From NCBI GenBank assembly GCA_029862165.1, contig JAOTXU010000004.1:43288-107287 (forward strand): a DNA stretch of 64,000 nt. The letters run 5' to 3'. Under the pieces are notes generated by a model. It saw only the letters and a list, made by a program, of their open reading frames with translations, did no database searches and was not told where the DNA came from. Made by a program: the position numbers and the translations under genes. The stretch is from Gammaproteobacteria bacterium. GTDB lineage: Bacteria; Pseudomonadota; Gammaproteobacteria; Steroidobacterales; JABDKV01. Of the stretch, positions 17,917 to 28,119 are shown piece by piece (the first letter of the stretch is position 1; every line of letters begins with the position of its first letter).

Positions 17917-19854
17917 ATGGAGAATTACGATCTTTTGGCCAGCGATCCGTCCTGGCTGCTACTAGGACCCCAACTCGCCATGGGCCTGTTCTTTTTTCTT
18001 GTTTTGTACACCGTCGCATTGCGCGGGACTACTGCGCGCGCACCAATCCCGGGTTTGGGCTGGCTGAGAAGTCAGACAATCTACCGCGATCTGGTGCTGG
18101 GTTTGGGCTTGTTGGCTACGGTCCCGGCCGTGGCTTTGGTCGTCGTGCTTACATCACGGGCAGCGGATCAACGCGAAGAGCGTGCCATGGAATTACTCGC
18201 GGAAACCTCCGCCGGCATCGCTACCGGCCTGGATCAGTATTTCGAAAAATATCAGCTCGGCATCGCGAGCCTTACTGCGAGTATTCAACGCGCGGGCAGA
18301 TTCGATGTGCGTTCACTGACCGAATGGCTGGAGTCGCATCACGCGCTCTATCGCGACTACCTCACCATGCTTGCAGCAAATACTCGTGGCGACATTGTAA
18401 CGGCAACAACAATGGTGCAAGGACAACCGGAACGGATTTCGACACTCAACCAAAATATCAGTGACCGGGATTACTTCATCACACCGATGCGAGATGACGG
18501 TGTCTATGTTTCCGACGTATTCAAAGGCCGCGGGTTGGGCAATGACCCGATTGTTGCCGTCAGCGCAGTGTTGCACACACAAGACGCGGCAAGTTGGGGC
18601 ATCGTGGAGGGCTCGCTTGACCTTGAGAGACTATCGCGTTTTCGTCCGGCCATGAAAACCTACGGCCAGCATGTTGACCTGCTCGTTCTCGATCAGCGTG
18701 CGCGAGTAATCTTTAGCAGCGATCCCAACAGATACGCGACGCTCGAAACTGTCAATGTCGCGCGCCTATTACGGGAGGACAACACTAGATTTGTAACCCG
18801 CGCAGAGTCAGACATGGGCTGGCAGGTTTTCGCTTCGGTTTCGCGACAACCTATCCACTCACAGGTCTGGTCTGACGTACGCATCACCCTCCTGTGGTTG
18901 CTGGCCGCAATCCTGATTGCAATCTCATTGTCGGCCGCAATTGCCCGTCGTGTCACACGACCGCTGGCCACTTTGAACGAGGCAGTCCGCGCCCTGGATC
19001 TTGAAGGCAGCGAAGCCGATATCTCGCCACCACCCGGTGCACCAGATGAAATTCGCGAGGTCTTCAGTTATATGAATTCCATGTCCGATCGGCTACACAA
19101 CTCCTATCGCCAGCTCACGGCGGCCATCGAGGCGGGCAAGCATTATCGTGAACAACTCGAAACCACCTTGTCGCGCCGCGAAGTGGAAATACGCAGCCGC
19201 ACGAATGAGCTGGAATATCAAAATCGCAATCTGCAAACTCTGAGCCATGTCGACCAACTTACGGGGCTGGCAAACCGGCGCCGCTTCACCGAGGCGGCGG
19301 AACAAGTATGGCGTCATTGCATCCGTGAGCAACAACCTGCCTCGATCGTGATCATGGACATTGATCACTTCAAGGCATTTAACGACACGTACGGTCATCA
19401 GGATGGCGATAACTGTCTGGCAAAAATCGGTGGCGCATTATCCGCCTGCATCTGGCGACCATTGGACCTGGTTGCCCGTTACGGGGGCGAAGAGTTCATC
19501 ATGATCCTCGCAAATACGGATCTGCCCGATTCCCTGGCTGTCGCCGAGCGCACAAGACGCGTCATCGAAGACCTGGCGATCCCGCACGCGGGATCGACAC
19601 TCGACTCAACCGTGACGATGAGTTTGGGGGCTGCCAGTGAAATACCGGCTCGTGACTCGAATTACAATGCCCTCATCCAATGCGCCGACCGTGCGCTGTA
19701 TCATGCCAAGGATATGGGACGAAATTGCGTCGCATGGGCCGGTCCCGAAAAAATGGCGCTATACCAAGTCCAGGATCCTACTACTCTGCCCGACGGCGAT
19801 CAGGTTGTGAGGTTCCCAGCCGCTAAAGGAGCACTAGATACGACTAGGTTGTGA
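17917..19854 (+). CDS. Diguanylate cyclase: TM - Cache-like periplasmic sensor - TM - HAMP - coiled coil - GGDEF
   Basis: 'RYGGEEFIMIL' is the active-site GGEEF. An RxxD I-site ('RPLD') sits five residues upstream. HAMP is 'ARRVTRPLATLNEAVRAL'. A Cache-like region between two TM segments contains 'DRDYFITPMRDDGVYVSDVF'. ATG at 17917 (MENYDL) is preferred over the track start at 17848. Confidence 0.9.
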   Translation: MENYDLLASDPSWLLLGPQLAMGLFFFLVLYTVALRGTTARAPIPGLGWLRSQTIYRDLVLGLGLLATVPAVALVVVLTSRAADQREERAMELLAETSAGIATGLDQYFEKYQLGIASLTASIQRAGRFDVRSLTEWLESHHALYRDYLTMLAANTRGDIVTATTMVQGQPERISTLNQNISDRDYFITPMRDDGVYVSDVFKGRGLGNDPIVAVSAVLHTQDAASWGIVEGSLDLERLSRFRPAMKTYGQHVDLLVLDQRARVIFSSDPNRYATLETVNVARLLREDNTRFVTRAESDMGWQVFASVSRQPIHSQVWSDVRITLLWLLAAILIAISLSAAIARRVTRPLATLNEAVRALDLEGSEADISPPPGAPDEIREVFSYMNSMSDRLHNSYRQLTAAIEAGKHYREQLETTLSRREVEIRSRTNELEYQNRNLQTLSHVDQLTGLANRRRFTEAAEQVWRHCIREQQPASIVIMDIDHFKAFNDTYGHQDGDNCLAKIGGALSACIWRPLDLVARYGGEEFIMILANTDLPDSLAVAERTRRVIEDLAIPHAGSTLDSTVTMSLGAASEIPARDSNYNALIQCADRALYHAKDMGRNCVAWAGPEKMALYQVQDPTTLPDGDQVVRFPAAKGALDTTRL

Positions 19855-19856
19855 CG

Positions 19857-22208
19857 CTACTTTGAAGTCATGACCCAAACGCCGTTCCAGTCTTTGGGCG
19901 TATTTTTCTTAAGGTGCGTGCAGCGATCGATGTAGGTGCTGGACAGTTTGTCGTCCGGGTTGGCCTTGAGCACTTCCTTAAAATTGGTGATGCCTTTGTC
20001 CCAGTTGCCCTTGCGATAGTGTCTTATTGCTTCATTGAAATAATTCACGGCATCCATCAGATTGGGAAAGGTCTTTTCGTTGTGATAGTCCAACACTTCA
20101 TACACGCCTACCGGTTTGGTTTTGCCTTTTACCACGACTAGATCTACATCTCGCAGGCGATATGTGCCCCTGAGTTTTGCACGAGTAAACTCGCTGATTA
20201 GTATGCGCGCGGAATATTGCTTACAGGCACTCTCAAGACGCGCCGCCAGATTGACGCCGTCGCCGATCATCGTGTAATCCATTCTTTTTGGCGAGCCAAT
20301 ATTACCCGACACCACCAGCCCGGTATTCAGACCAACACCGTGATCAATAGGATCAAGATTCTGCTCGGCCCGGAAAACGTTCCAATCCCACAGCTCGACA
20401 ATCATGGCGATGGCTGCACGAACGGCGCGGTCTTCGTTATCATCATGAGAAACCGGAATGCCGAACCCGGCCATGATTGCGTCGCCGATAAACTTATCAA
20501 GCATACCGCCTTCGCGCGTAATAACGTCGACCATGATGGTGAAATAATCGTTCAGCATCTGCACTGTGCCCTGTGCACCCAACGCCTCGGTAATCGTCGT
20601 AAAACTACGGATGTCAGAAAACAGCACAGTAACCTCGGAACTCTTTCCGCCAAGTATGTCCTCGCCTGAACCGTCGCCCATGAGCCGATCGGCGACTCCA
20701 GGATCCATGTACCGAGACATCGTCGATTTCATGCGTTTTTCTGAGCTGATGTCTTCAATTATCAACATCGCCCCCAAACTCTTGTCATCGGAACTTTTCA
20801 AAGGCAAAACACTGACGTTTGCAGAAATTTTTTCTTCATTGAATATCAGCTCAGCATCCATGAAAATTTCCGATTGCTCGGTCTCTTCAACACTTTGAAT
20901 CTTGTCCATGATCCATGCATTCGCATCGACAAAAAATTCAGCAGTGCTCAAATCGACAATTTCATTCTCTTTGACCCTGAGTATTTCCAGACCGGCACCG
21001 TTGCAGGTAACTATTTTCCCATCTCCATCGATAGTGATGACGCCATTCGACATGCTCTGCAGCATCCCTTCGCTATAGTCCTTCATGTTCTGGATGTCTT
21101 CGAACAGCTTGGCGTTTTCAAGTGCGATAGACACCTGGGCGGTAAAAGCCTTTAGGCGGCTCTCGTCTCCCTCAGTGAACGGGCCACCGCGTTTATTGAG
21201 GGTCTGCGTCACACCGATGCACTTACCATTCTTATTGATCACAGGAACACAAAGAATGGAGCGCGTGAAGTAGCCTGTCTGCTTATCAAAAGAGGGGTTG
21301 AAACGCAGATCGGCGTACGCATAAGGTATGTTTATGGACTCCCCGGACGTAAATACAGCACCTGCTATCCCAGCCGTATTGGGCAGGCGGATTTCCCCTA
21401 TTGAATCTCCCATCGCCACACGCGAAAACAGTTCATCGGTCTTATCATCATTCAGAAACAGAGTCGAACGTTCGGCCTGCAACATCCGGGTCGCCTCGCT
21501 CATGACCCGGCTAAGCAATGGCCCCAGGTCCAGTTCCGACGTAATGTCAGCAACGAGATCCAGAAATTCCATTTCCTTTTCCCGGTTCTTTTTCATGCGG
21601 TCGACAAACTGACTGCTTTGAAGAGCTACCGAGGCCTGTGTGGTAATCGCTTCCAGCAAGGCCAAATCATCTTCCTTGAACGCGCCGTTTTTCGGATTGA
21701 GCACCTGCGTCACACCAATGACTTCACCACGAACCGTCTTAAGTGGCGCACAGAGTATCGCCTCGGTTTTGAAGCCGGTTTGCTCATCGATAGTGCGGTT
21801 GAAACGGGGATCCCCGTAGGGATCTTCGATAATCTCCCCTACTCCACTGGTGAAAACTGCACCGGCTATTCCGGTCGTATTCAGTATTCTGATTTCCCGG
21901 GATAGACCACCGTGGGCCACGCGAGAATGGAGTTCGTCGGTGTCCGGGTCATTGAGAAACAAAGAACCTCGTTCAGCATCGAGTTTTTCCGTAGCGATAT
22001 TGATCAGAACTTTTAGTACTTCGTCCAGACTATCGATTGCCCCGATTTGATGCGAAACACCCAACAGCATTTCTGCCCGTGAGGGTTTCTTGTCCGTTGC
22101 AACCGCCGGAGAAACGCGATCTGTGCTCCTTCTTAACTCGCCGGTATACTCGGGCGGCGCAGTATTGTCGGCGGGCCCTTGAGACGTAGTGGTGTCAGCC
22201 ATTTCCAT
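19857..22208 (-). CDS. GAF-GAF-PAS class III adenylate/guanylate cyclase with TPR-like C-terminal tail
   Basis: Two GAF-like blocks ('ERGSLFLNDPDTDELHSRVAHG', 'ERSTLFLNDDKTDELFSRVAMG') and a PAS domain ('MLQSMSNGVITIDGDGKIVTCNGAGLEIL'). The cyclase core is 'VTVLFSDIRSFTTITE...DKFIGDAIMAGFG...MIGDGVNLAARLES'. GAGGA RBS. Confidence 0.9.
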   Translation of the reverse strand: MEMADTTTSQGPADNTAPPEYTGELRRSTDRVSPAVATDKKPSRAEMLLGVSHQIGAIDSLDEVLKVLINIATEKLDAERGSLFLNDPDTDELHSRVAHGGLSREIRILNTTGIAGAVFTSGVGEIIEDPYGDPRFNRTIDEQTGFKTEAILCAPLKTVRGEVIGVTQVLNPKNGAFKEDDLALLEAITTQASVALQSSQFVDRMKKNREKEMEFLDLVADITSELDLGPLLSRVMSEATRMLQAERSTLFLNDDKTDELFSRVAMGDSIGEIRLPNTAGIAGAVFTSGESINIPYAYADLRFNPSFDKQTGYFTRSILCVPVINKNGKCIGVTQTLNKRGGPFTEGDESRLKAFTAQVSIALENAKLFEDIQNMKDYSEGMLQSMSNGVITIDGDGKIVTCNGAGLEILRVKENEIVDLSTAEFFVDANAWIMDKIQSVEETEQSEIFMDAELIFNEEKISANVSVLPLKSSDDKSLGAMLIIEDISSEKRMKSTMSRYMDPGVADRLMGDGSGEDILGGKSSEVTVLFSDIRSFTTITEALGAQGTVQMLNDYFTIMVDVITREGGMLDKFIGDAIMAGFGIPVSHDDNEDRAVRAAIAMIVELWDWNVFRAEQNLDPIDHGVGLNTGLVVSGNIGSPKRMDYTMIGDGVNLAARLESACKQYSARILISEFTRAKLRGTYRLRDVDLVVVKGKTKPVGVYEVLDYHNEKTFPNLMDAVNYFNEAIRHYRKGNWDKGITNFKEVLKANPDDKLSSTYIDRCTHLKKNTPKDWNGVWVMTSK

Positions 22209-22250
22209 TCCTCAGGGTTTGTCTTTTCCGCTGTTGCATTATTTTATCTC

Positions 22251-22838
22251 TCATTTGCCGTTTCGTGATTGCGCTTTGGAAGTGCTCTGCGCATTCTCCA
22301 GTTCATTCCTCAGCGCTGCTGCCGTTTCCCGCAATTGTACAATCTCACTGTTACCTTCAGCGCGTACTCTCTGTACACTTTCTTCCTTCTTGATTTTCAG
22401 AGCATCCAACTCTTCACGCAACGACAGGATAGTCGCCTTGTACTGTGAAATCTCAGCATTGCCTTTTGCGATCGCAGCCTGTACGGCCGCTTCCATTTCA
22501 ATCTTCAGCTCTTCCAGCCTGTCTCGCAACGCTGTGGCAGTCTCCGCTAACTGGCCGGACTCGCTGTTGTGAGCACTGGCCGCCTTTTGCATGGATCGTT
22601 GGTGCTCGATTCTCAATTCTTCCAACTGCTCGCGCTGGGCACCAATGGTTTCCTTCAACTGCCTGATTTCGCCGGCAGACTGCGAGACAGCTTCCTGAAC
22701 CTTGTCTTGAGTGGAGGCTTCGATGGCCTCCATTTCTTCCCGCAGTGCAGCGACCGTTCCCTTCAGATAACGAACTTCGCCCAGTGCCTGCTGCAACGGG
22801 TCAATCTTTGACTCGGCCGTGTGCTTGTTATTGCCCAT
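22251..22838 (-). CDS. Periodic coiled-coil protein, function unknown
   Basis: 195 aa, no signal peptide. About 4.5 tandem units of roughly 36 residues are each centred on 'x-A-L-R-E/D-E/R-L-E-E/A-L-K/R-I' (AALREEMEAIE / AQREQLEELRIE / TALRDRLEELKIE / LSLREELDALKIK / AALRNELENA). It lies 42 nt upstream of the cyclase with no hairpin between. Confidence 0.6.
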   Translation of the reverse strand: MGNNKHTAESKIDPLQQALGEVRYLKGTVAALREEMEAIEASTQDKVQEAVSQSAGEIRQLKETIGAQREQLEELRIEHQRSMQKAASAHNSESGQLAETATALRDRLEELKIEMEAAVQAAIAKGNAEISQYKATILSLREELDALKIKKEESVQRVRAEGNSEIVQLRETAAALRNELENAQSTSKAQSRNGK

Positions 22839-22931
22839 GAATAGAATGCCTTGTATGGTCCGTTATCATACAACCTTTGACATTGACCCGGGTTTTTTGA
22901 GTCTTGATAGCAGGCTAGTGGGGGTCCAGGC

Positions 22932-24299
22932 TTGAAAAAATTGGCTCTGTATGCGGGACCGGCGCTGGCTGTCTCAGGCGGTCTTCTACTCTATGCCAAT
23001 GGCGCTACGCCAGCCGTGGCCTGGACGGCGGGCATCACGAGCCTGTGTGCGTTGTGGTGGATTTTCGAGCCCATCCCCATTCCGGCAACATCATTGATAC
23101 CGCTTGCCCTATTGCCTCTGATCGGCGTCCTGACTCCGGCCGAGGTGGGCGAATCCTATGGCAATTCCCTGATACTTCTGTTGATGGGCGGATTCATGCT
23201 GTCTACAGCAATGGAACGCAGTGGCGTACATCGTCGTATTGCACTGAACATGGTGAACCTGTTTGGCGGTGGCGGTGGTCGTTCACTCGTATTCGGTTTC
23301 ATGGCGGCCTCTGCCGTGTTGAGTATGTGGATTTCAAATACAGCGACGACATTAATGTTGTTGCCGATCGCACTCGCAGTAATAGAACAAACAGACAACC
23401 GCCGTTTGCAGCTCAGTTTGCTGTTGGGTATAGCCTATGCCGGCAGCGTCGGCGGTCTGGGCACGCCTATTGGCACGCCGCCGAATCTGATATTTATGAA
23501 AGTTTATGCCGAAACCACTGGTATACAACTGACGTTCACCGAGTGGATGCGCTGGGGTCTGCCGATCGCAATAATCATGATACCGATTATCGGACTATGG
23601 CTGACACGCGGGCTTGTACACAAAGAAACCCTTGAATTGCCAGAACCGGGCCACTGGCGCAGTGAAGAAGTCAGAACGCTTGCCGTATTTGCAATCACGG
23701 CACTGGCATGGATTACCCGGCGGGAACCCTTTGGAGGCTGGAGTGGATTGCTCGACCTGCCCACGGCGAACGATGCCAGTGTCGCACTACTGGCCGTTGT
23801 CGTGATGTTTCTCGTGCCCAATGGGCATGGCAGAAAACTACTGGACTGGAAGACGGCCAGCAGTATCCCCTGGGGTATCTTGATTCTGTTTGGAGCAGGC
23901 ATCGCAATTGCCAAGGCTTTTGGAAATTCCGGCATCAGCGCCGCAGTCGGAGAAGCACTTTCGGGTCTGCAGCATCTGCCACTGCTACTGGTCATTGGAA
24001 TGATTTGTTTGTCAGTGACATTCCTGACTGAAGTGACCAGTAATACCGCCACGACCGCTCTGTTGATGCCGATCATGGCTGCAGCCGCTGTTTCCAGCGA
24101 ACTCGATCCGCGATTACTGATGGTTCCTGCCGCGATGACGGCCAGTTGTGCATTCATGTTGCCGGTAGCAACCGGTCCCAATGCTGTCGTCTTCAGCTCC
24201 GATCGCATCATGATCCGGGAGATGGCGCGCGAAGGCTTTGTGCTCAACCTGATCGGCGTTTTTGTAGTAACAACGGTGTGCTACTTATTGTTCCGTTGA
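22932..24299 (+). CDS. DASS/SLC13-family anion:sodium symporter (ArsB/NhaD permease superfamily)
   Basis: About 12-14 TM segments and duplicated hairpin motifs 'SNTATTLMLLPI' and 'SNTATTALLMPI'. TTG start at 22932. Confidence 0.8.
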   Translation: MKKLALYAGPALAVSGGLLLYANGATPAVAWTAGITSLCALWWIFEPIPIPATSLIPLALLPLIGVLTPAEVGESYGNSLILLLMGGFMLSTAMERSGVHRRIALNMVNLFGGGGGRSLVFGFMAASAVLSMWISNTATTLMLLPIALAVIEQTDNRRLQLSLLLGIAYAGSVGGLGTPIGTPPNLIFMKVYAETTGIQLTFTEWMRWGLPIAIIMIPIIGLWLTRGLVHKETLELPEPGHWRSEEVRTLAVFAITALAWITRREPFGGWSGLLDLPTANDASVALLAVVVMFLVPNGHGRKLLDWKTASSIPWGILILFGAGIAIAKAFGNSGISAAVGEALSGLQHLPLLLVIGMICLSVTFLTEVTSNTATTALLMPIMAAAAVSSELDPRLLMVPAAMTASCAFMLPVATGPNAVVFSSDRIMIREMAREGFVLNLIGVFVVTTVCYLLFR

Positions 24300-24332
24300 G
24301 TGTCCTCTAGCAAAGGGGAGCTCGCAAAGGTT

Positions 24333-24587
24333 TTAGCGCCGGCCTTTGCGCCTGTGATTTTTCTTCCCGTTCGCACCGTCACGTCCGGAAATCTCGCCAC
24401 CCCATTGCTCGCGGTGCGCCTGCATTGCAGCGCTATTCACACCGGCGTGTCTGTTGGAAAGTAGCAGTGAAGACGGGGGACAAGGTCTGGCCCGAATGAT
24501 GCCCAGATCACGTGCTGCATCGAACAGGCTGGGATACCAACCTTCCCAATTGGGCAATAATTGTTCAACCCGTTGTCTCAGATTCAT
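24333..24587 (-). CDS. Hypothetical 84-aa protein with strongly basic C-terminal tail
   Basis: ORF only. It ends in 'GKKNHRRKGRR' and I recognise no family. It is co-directional with and 210 nt downstream of the aldo/keto reductase. Confidence 0.3.
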   Translation of the reverse strand: MNLRQRVEQLLPNWEGWYPSLFDAARDLGIIRARPCPPSSLLLSNRHAGVNSAAMQAHREQWGGEISGRDGANGKKNHRRKGRR

Positions 24588-24798
24588 TTGAACCTGACCT
24601 TAGCGCAAGATTCGGCGTCAAACAATGCGCCAGTTCAAACTCTGCACATCGCGTGTGGCGGGCGTGACACAGCCTTTCAGTTGCAGCTATAAAACGTGCG
24701 ATGGTCGAAGAAATGCAACGTCGTTTGCTATACTGGTGCGTTGATAAAGAGGTGGTTGCTGTTTAAGCGATTAATCCCGGCGACGCCTGGCCGGCCAG

Positions 24799-25716
24799 TC
24801 AGACGGTCTCGAAGTAGCGAATCATTTCCTGTCGCATGGCCGCGTCTGGCAAAGAACCATGGCAGGCACTCATATTCTCAATCATGTGATCGACCCGCGA
24901 CGTGGCCGGAATTGCACAGGTTATTGCGGGATGAGAAACAATAAACTTGAGCAAGAACTGTGGCCAGCTATCGCACTCTATATCAGCGGCCCAATCGGGT
25001 AAGGGAGACCTGGCAACAGCGTTGATAAGTTGCTTGCGCCGGAAGGGGCGATTGATGATCACCGCCTTACCGTGTTCGGCGGCCAGGGGCAAAAGGCGTC
25101 GCTCGGCATCCCGATCGGCGATGTTATAAGTGAACTGCACGAAATCCAGGTCGGGTTCGTTAGCGATTACCTGTGCCATATCGTGGGTGCGCCGCCCATG
25201 CGATGTCGTGATCCCGATATAGCGCACACGGCCCTCTTCTTTCCAGCGCCGCAGTGTGCGCAGATGCGTTTTCCAATCAAGAAAATTGTGGATTTGCATC
25301 AAATCGAACCGTTTCACACCCCATAGACTTGCCGATTCGTTCATTTGATCGATGCCACGCTCCTGTCCCAGGACCCAGACTTTTGTGGCGGAAAACATTG
25401 TATCGCTGCCCGTCTCCTCCAGACAGTAGCCGATATTCGCTTCAGAAGACCCGTACATCGGGGATGAATCGATTAATCCACCGCCTTGCTTAAAAAAATT
25501 CTGCAGAATCGCCACGCGTTGTTCGCGCAACCTGGCGTTGCTACCAACATCAAACGTACCCCAGCTACCCATGCCAACAACTGGAATGTCTTCGTTCGTA
25601 CCGGGAATTCTCTTGACCAGCTTCTGCCGGGACTGTGCGATAGCCCATGGCGTGACCGTCAGGGCAGATAGCCCTGCAATGGTCTGGAGAAATTGACGTC
25701 GGCCAGGTTTTGTCAT
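24799..25716 (-). CDS. Aldo/keto reductase with twin-arginine signal
   Basis: 'MTKPGRRQFLQTIAGLSALTVTPWAIA' is a Tat motif. The AKR body is 'IDSSPMYGSSE', 'VRYIGITTSHG'. A TTG at 25728 is an alternative start. Confidence 0.8.
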   Translation of the reverse strand: MTKPGRRQFLQTIAGLSALTVTPWAIAQSRQKLVKRIPGTNEDIPVVGMGSWGTFDVGSNARLREQRVAILQNFFKQGGGLIDSSPMYGSSEANIGYCLEETGSDTMFSATKVWVLGQERGIDQMNESASLWGVKRFDLMQIHNFLDWKTHLRTLRRWKEEGRVRYIGITTSHGRRTHDMAQVIANEPDLDFVQFTYNIADRDAERRLLPLAAEHGKAVIINRPFRRKQLINAVARSPLPDWAADIECDSWPQFLLKFIVSHPAITCAIPATSRVDHMIENMSACHGSLPDAAMRQEMIRYFETV

Positions 25717-25730
25717 GTTATTACTCAAAA

Positions 25731-27548
25731 CTAGTTCACACTTCGGGCGATCGGATAAAGCCGGTACTCATGGTCGTGAAATGGTGTCTGTTCATAGAAC
25801 CAATGTAATCGCGCAGTTGCATCGGCGGCGAAATCAGAATCCTGTTCGAGCTTTTCACGGAATCTCTGAGCAAGCTCCGGATCCCGCATCAACATTCGCT
25901 GTGCCATTGGTTCGATAATATAGGACTCGAAATACTCGGTACGGTTCATGATTTCCAGAAAATAACCCCATTGAAACAGAGAATCCGGTGACTGAGGTTC
26001 CAATAACAACATGGCCAGTGTGCCGAGGGCCTGGCTGGTATCGATATAGTAATCCCCCGGGCCTAGCCGTATTTCCTGCGCCTCTGTCTGCACCGCACCA
26101 GGTTCGATCCGCATTTGCCCCTCAAGGGGATTGGTGCCGTTGGCTACCGTCGCCTCGGGCAGGCGATAGTATTGCGCGTTTATCGTCTGCCGCGATTTGA
26201 ATTCTTCTACTTCGATGCCATGCAAACGCAGTTTTTCAGCAATCTCAGACCAGGCCGCGGGTACGTAATAACGTTTCGGGCGTGACACAACGACACCCGG
26301 TTGATCGTTGGCAATGACGGCCACGCTTTGCTCGATCGGTACACCATTCCAACGAACTACACTGTCCCCCGACACAGCTGAGTACTCGCGTGTCGACTCG
26401 ATTCCTTTCATCAGCATCGATTCGGGAAACAGCGAAGCACCATCAACCCAATTCAATACCAGCTCATCGCGTCGTAGTCGGCGATCGGCACGCACTGCCT
26501 TACGCAAGGCATCGCCATGCTCGCCCAGTGTGCGTAACGTCGATTCTAATAACACATACGTGCCTAAAACGCGTTGCATGTACGGCTTCAGGGAATGGTT
26601 TTCAACCAGCACGGTTGGCAAATGCCGTGCGTCGCCATAACCATTCGAATAACGGGGACTGGCGGTCCAGGACGACGTGCCTGCAGAGTAATCGCTGTAG
26701 TTCTTCGCAAAAATTAGCGGTCCCGGTACGTGCCCTCTCTCGCTTAAATCGCGATTGGCCGCAGATTCGAGGTGACTGCCCAACCATCCCGCAATGGCGG
26801 GTGACCAGGCGTGGGCGCCGTTATAACCCCACGTAATGTCATACTGATAGTCAATGCCATCGGTGACATGCACATCGATATAAAGATCCGGTTTCCACTC
26901 GTTGATTACCCGAACCACCGCGCGTATCCCCGGTGTTTCCAGCTTCATGTAGTCCCGATTCAGATTCAGGTTACGGCGATTGGTGCGCCAACCCATCTCG
27001 GCGGGTCCGCGTTGATTGATTCGCCCATAGCCTGAAAATCTCTCGTGACCGTCAACATTGAGTATGGGAATGAAAAGGAGGCTCGCACGCTGTAGCAATT
27101 CACGCCGTTTACCAGCGACGGTCATATCGCGTAGCAACATCATTCCAGCGTCCTTGCCGTCGATTTCGCCAGCATGAATTCCCGCCTGCACCAGCAACAC
27201 GGGTCGTCTTGTCCGAGCGAGTTCTTTGGCTGATGAGGCACCATCGGCCGAGGCAATCACCATCCAGATATCACGATTCTGATCGCTGCGACCAATGGAG
27301 ACCATCTGCAGTTCAGGCGCCTTACTGACCAGGCGACGCAGCCAGCTGATCGTCTCATCGTAACGGGGCGTCTCTGTTAGCCCGCTCAGTTCCGGCGGCG
27401 TGATCCACGGGTCGTCCCTGGCAACGATCAGATCCAGACTCTTTGCATGCCAGTTTGCCAGTGGCGGCAGCAGATCTTCATACTCCGCCGCCCGAGCGGA
27501 CAATGTGGCTAACAAACAAACGCAGGCAAGCAAAATCTTAGTCGACAT
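25731..27548 (-). CDS. Secreted M14-family zinc carboxypeptidase
   Basis: Signal peptide '[20 protein letters not shown]'. Zinc motif '[10 protein letters not shown]' (HxxE) and a later 'DVHVTDG'. The ATG at 27548 overlaps the tdk stop by 11 nt. The upstream 44 codons of the track ORF are unsupported. Confidence 0.8.
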   Translation of the reverse strand: MSTKILLACVCLLATLSARAAEYEDLLPPLANWHAKSLDLIVARDDPWITPPELSGLTETPRYDETISWLRRLVSKAPELQMVSIGRSDQNRDIWMVIASADGASSAKELARTRRPVLLVQAGIHAGEIDGKDAGMMLLRDMTVAGKRRELLQRASLLFIPILNVDGHERFSGYGRINQRGPAEMGWRTNRRNLNLNRDYMKLETPGIRAVVRVINEWKPDLYIDVHVTDGIDYQYDITWGYNGAHAWSPAIAGWLGSHLESAANRDLSERGHVPGPLIFAKNYSDYSAGTSSWTASPRYSNGYGDARHLPTVLVENHSLKPYMQRVLGTYVLLESTLRTLGEHGDALRKAVRADRRLRRDELVLNWVDGASLFPESMLMKGIESTREYSAVSGDSVVRWNGVPIEQSVAVIANDQPGVVVSRPKRYYVPAAWSEIAEKLRLHGIEVEEFKSRQTINAQYYRLPEATVANGTNPLEGQMRIEPGAVQTEAQEIRLGPGDYYIDTSQALGTLAMLLLEPQSPDSLFQWGYFLEIMNRTEYFESYIIEPMAQRMLMRDPELAQRFREKLEQDSDFAADATARLHWFYEQTPFHDHEYRLYPIARSVN

Positions 27549-28119
27549 GGAAACGTTCTTTGAAATGTCGCCGGCATACCGACAAATAGCGATCGTTGCC
27601 ACCGATTTCGATCTGCGTACCGTCGCGAATCGTGTTTCCTTTTTCATCCAACCGCACAACCATCGTGGCTTTGCTGCCACAATCGCAAATGGCTTTAATC
27701 TCTTTCAGATTGTCGGCCCAGGCCAGCAGGTACTTGCTGCCGGGAAATGGCTCACCCTGAAAATCGGTACGCAATCCATAGGCCAGCACCGGAATATTCA
27801 GCCGATCCGTTACTTCACCAAGTTGAAACACCTGCTCCCGGCTAAGAAACTGCGCTTCATCAACCAGCACGCAATTGACCGGTTGCTCCCTGAAACTGTC
27901 GCTTACGATCCGGAAAAGATCATCAGTCTCATGAAACGAATGAGATTCCGCCTTCAATCCTATGCGAGAGACGACGCGACCGGCGCCGTAGCGATCATCC
28001 ATCTTCGGCGATAACAACATGGTGTGCATACCGCGTTCACGGTAATTGTAGCTTGCCTGCAGCAACGCGGTTGTTTTCCCCGCATTCATCGAAGAATAAT
28101 AAAAATAGAGCTTTGCCAT
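27538..28119 (-). CDS. tdk: Thymidine kinase
   Basis: '[17 protein letters not shown]' (P-loop), 'VLVDEAQFL', and a C-terminal zinc-ribbon lasso '[12 protein letters not shown]...YLSVCRRHF'. Confidence 0.95.
   Translation of the reverse strand: MAKLYFYYSSMNAGKTTALLQASYNYRERGMHTMLLSPKMDDRYGAGRVVSRIGLKAESHSFHETDDLFRIVSDSFREQPVNCVLVDEAQFLSREQVFQLGEVTDRLNIPVLAYGLRTDFQGEPFPGSKYLLAWADNLKEIKAICDCGSKATMVVRLDEKGNTIRDGTQIEIGGNDRYLSVCRRHFKERFHVD

Noticed and set aside
19857-22208. The class III cyclase as a Pycsar/CBASS-like anti-phage signalling enzyme.
   Set aside because: It is a large housekeeping-style GAF-GAF-PAS sensor cyclase. There is no adjacent effector with a cyclic-nucleotide-binding domain fused to a TM or TIR module, and no CD-NTase fold.
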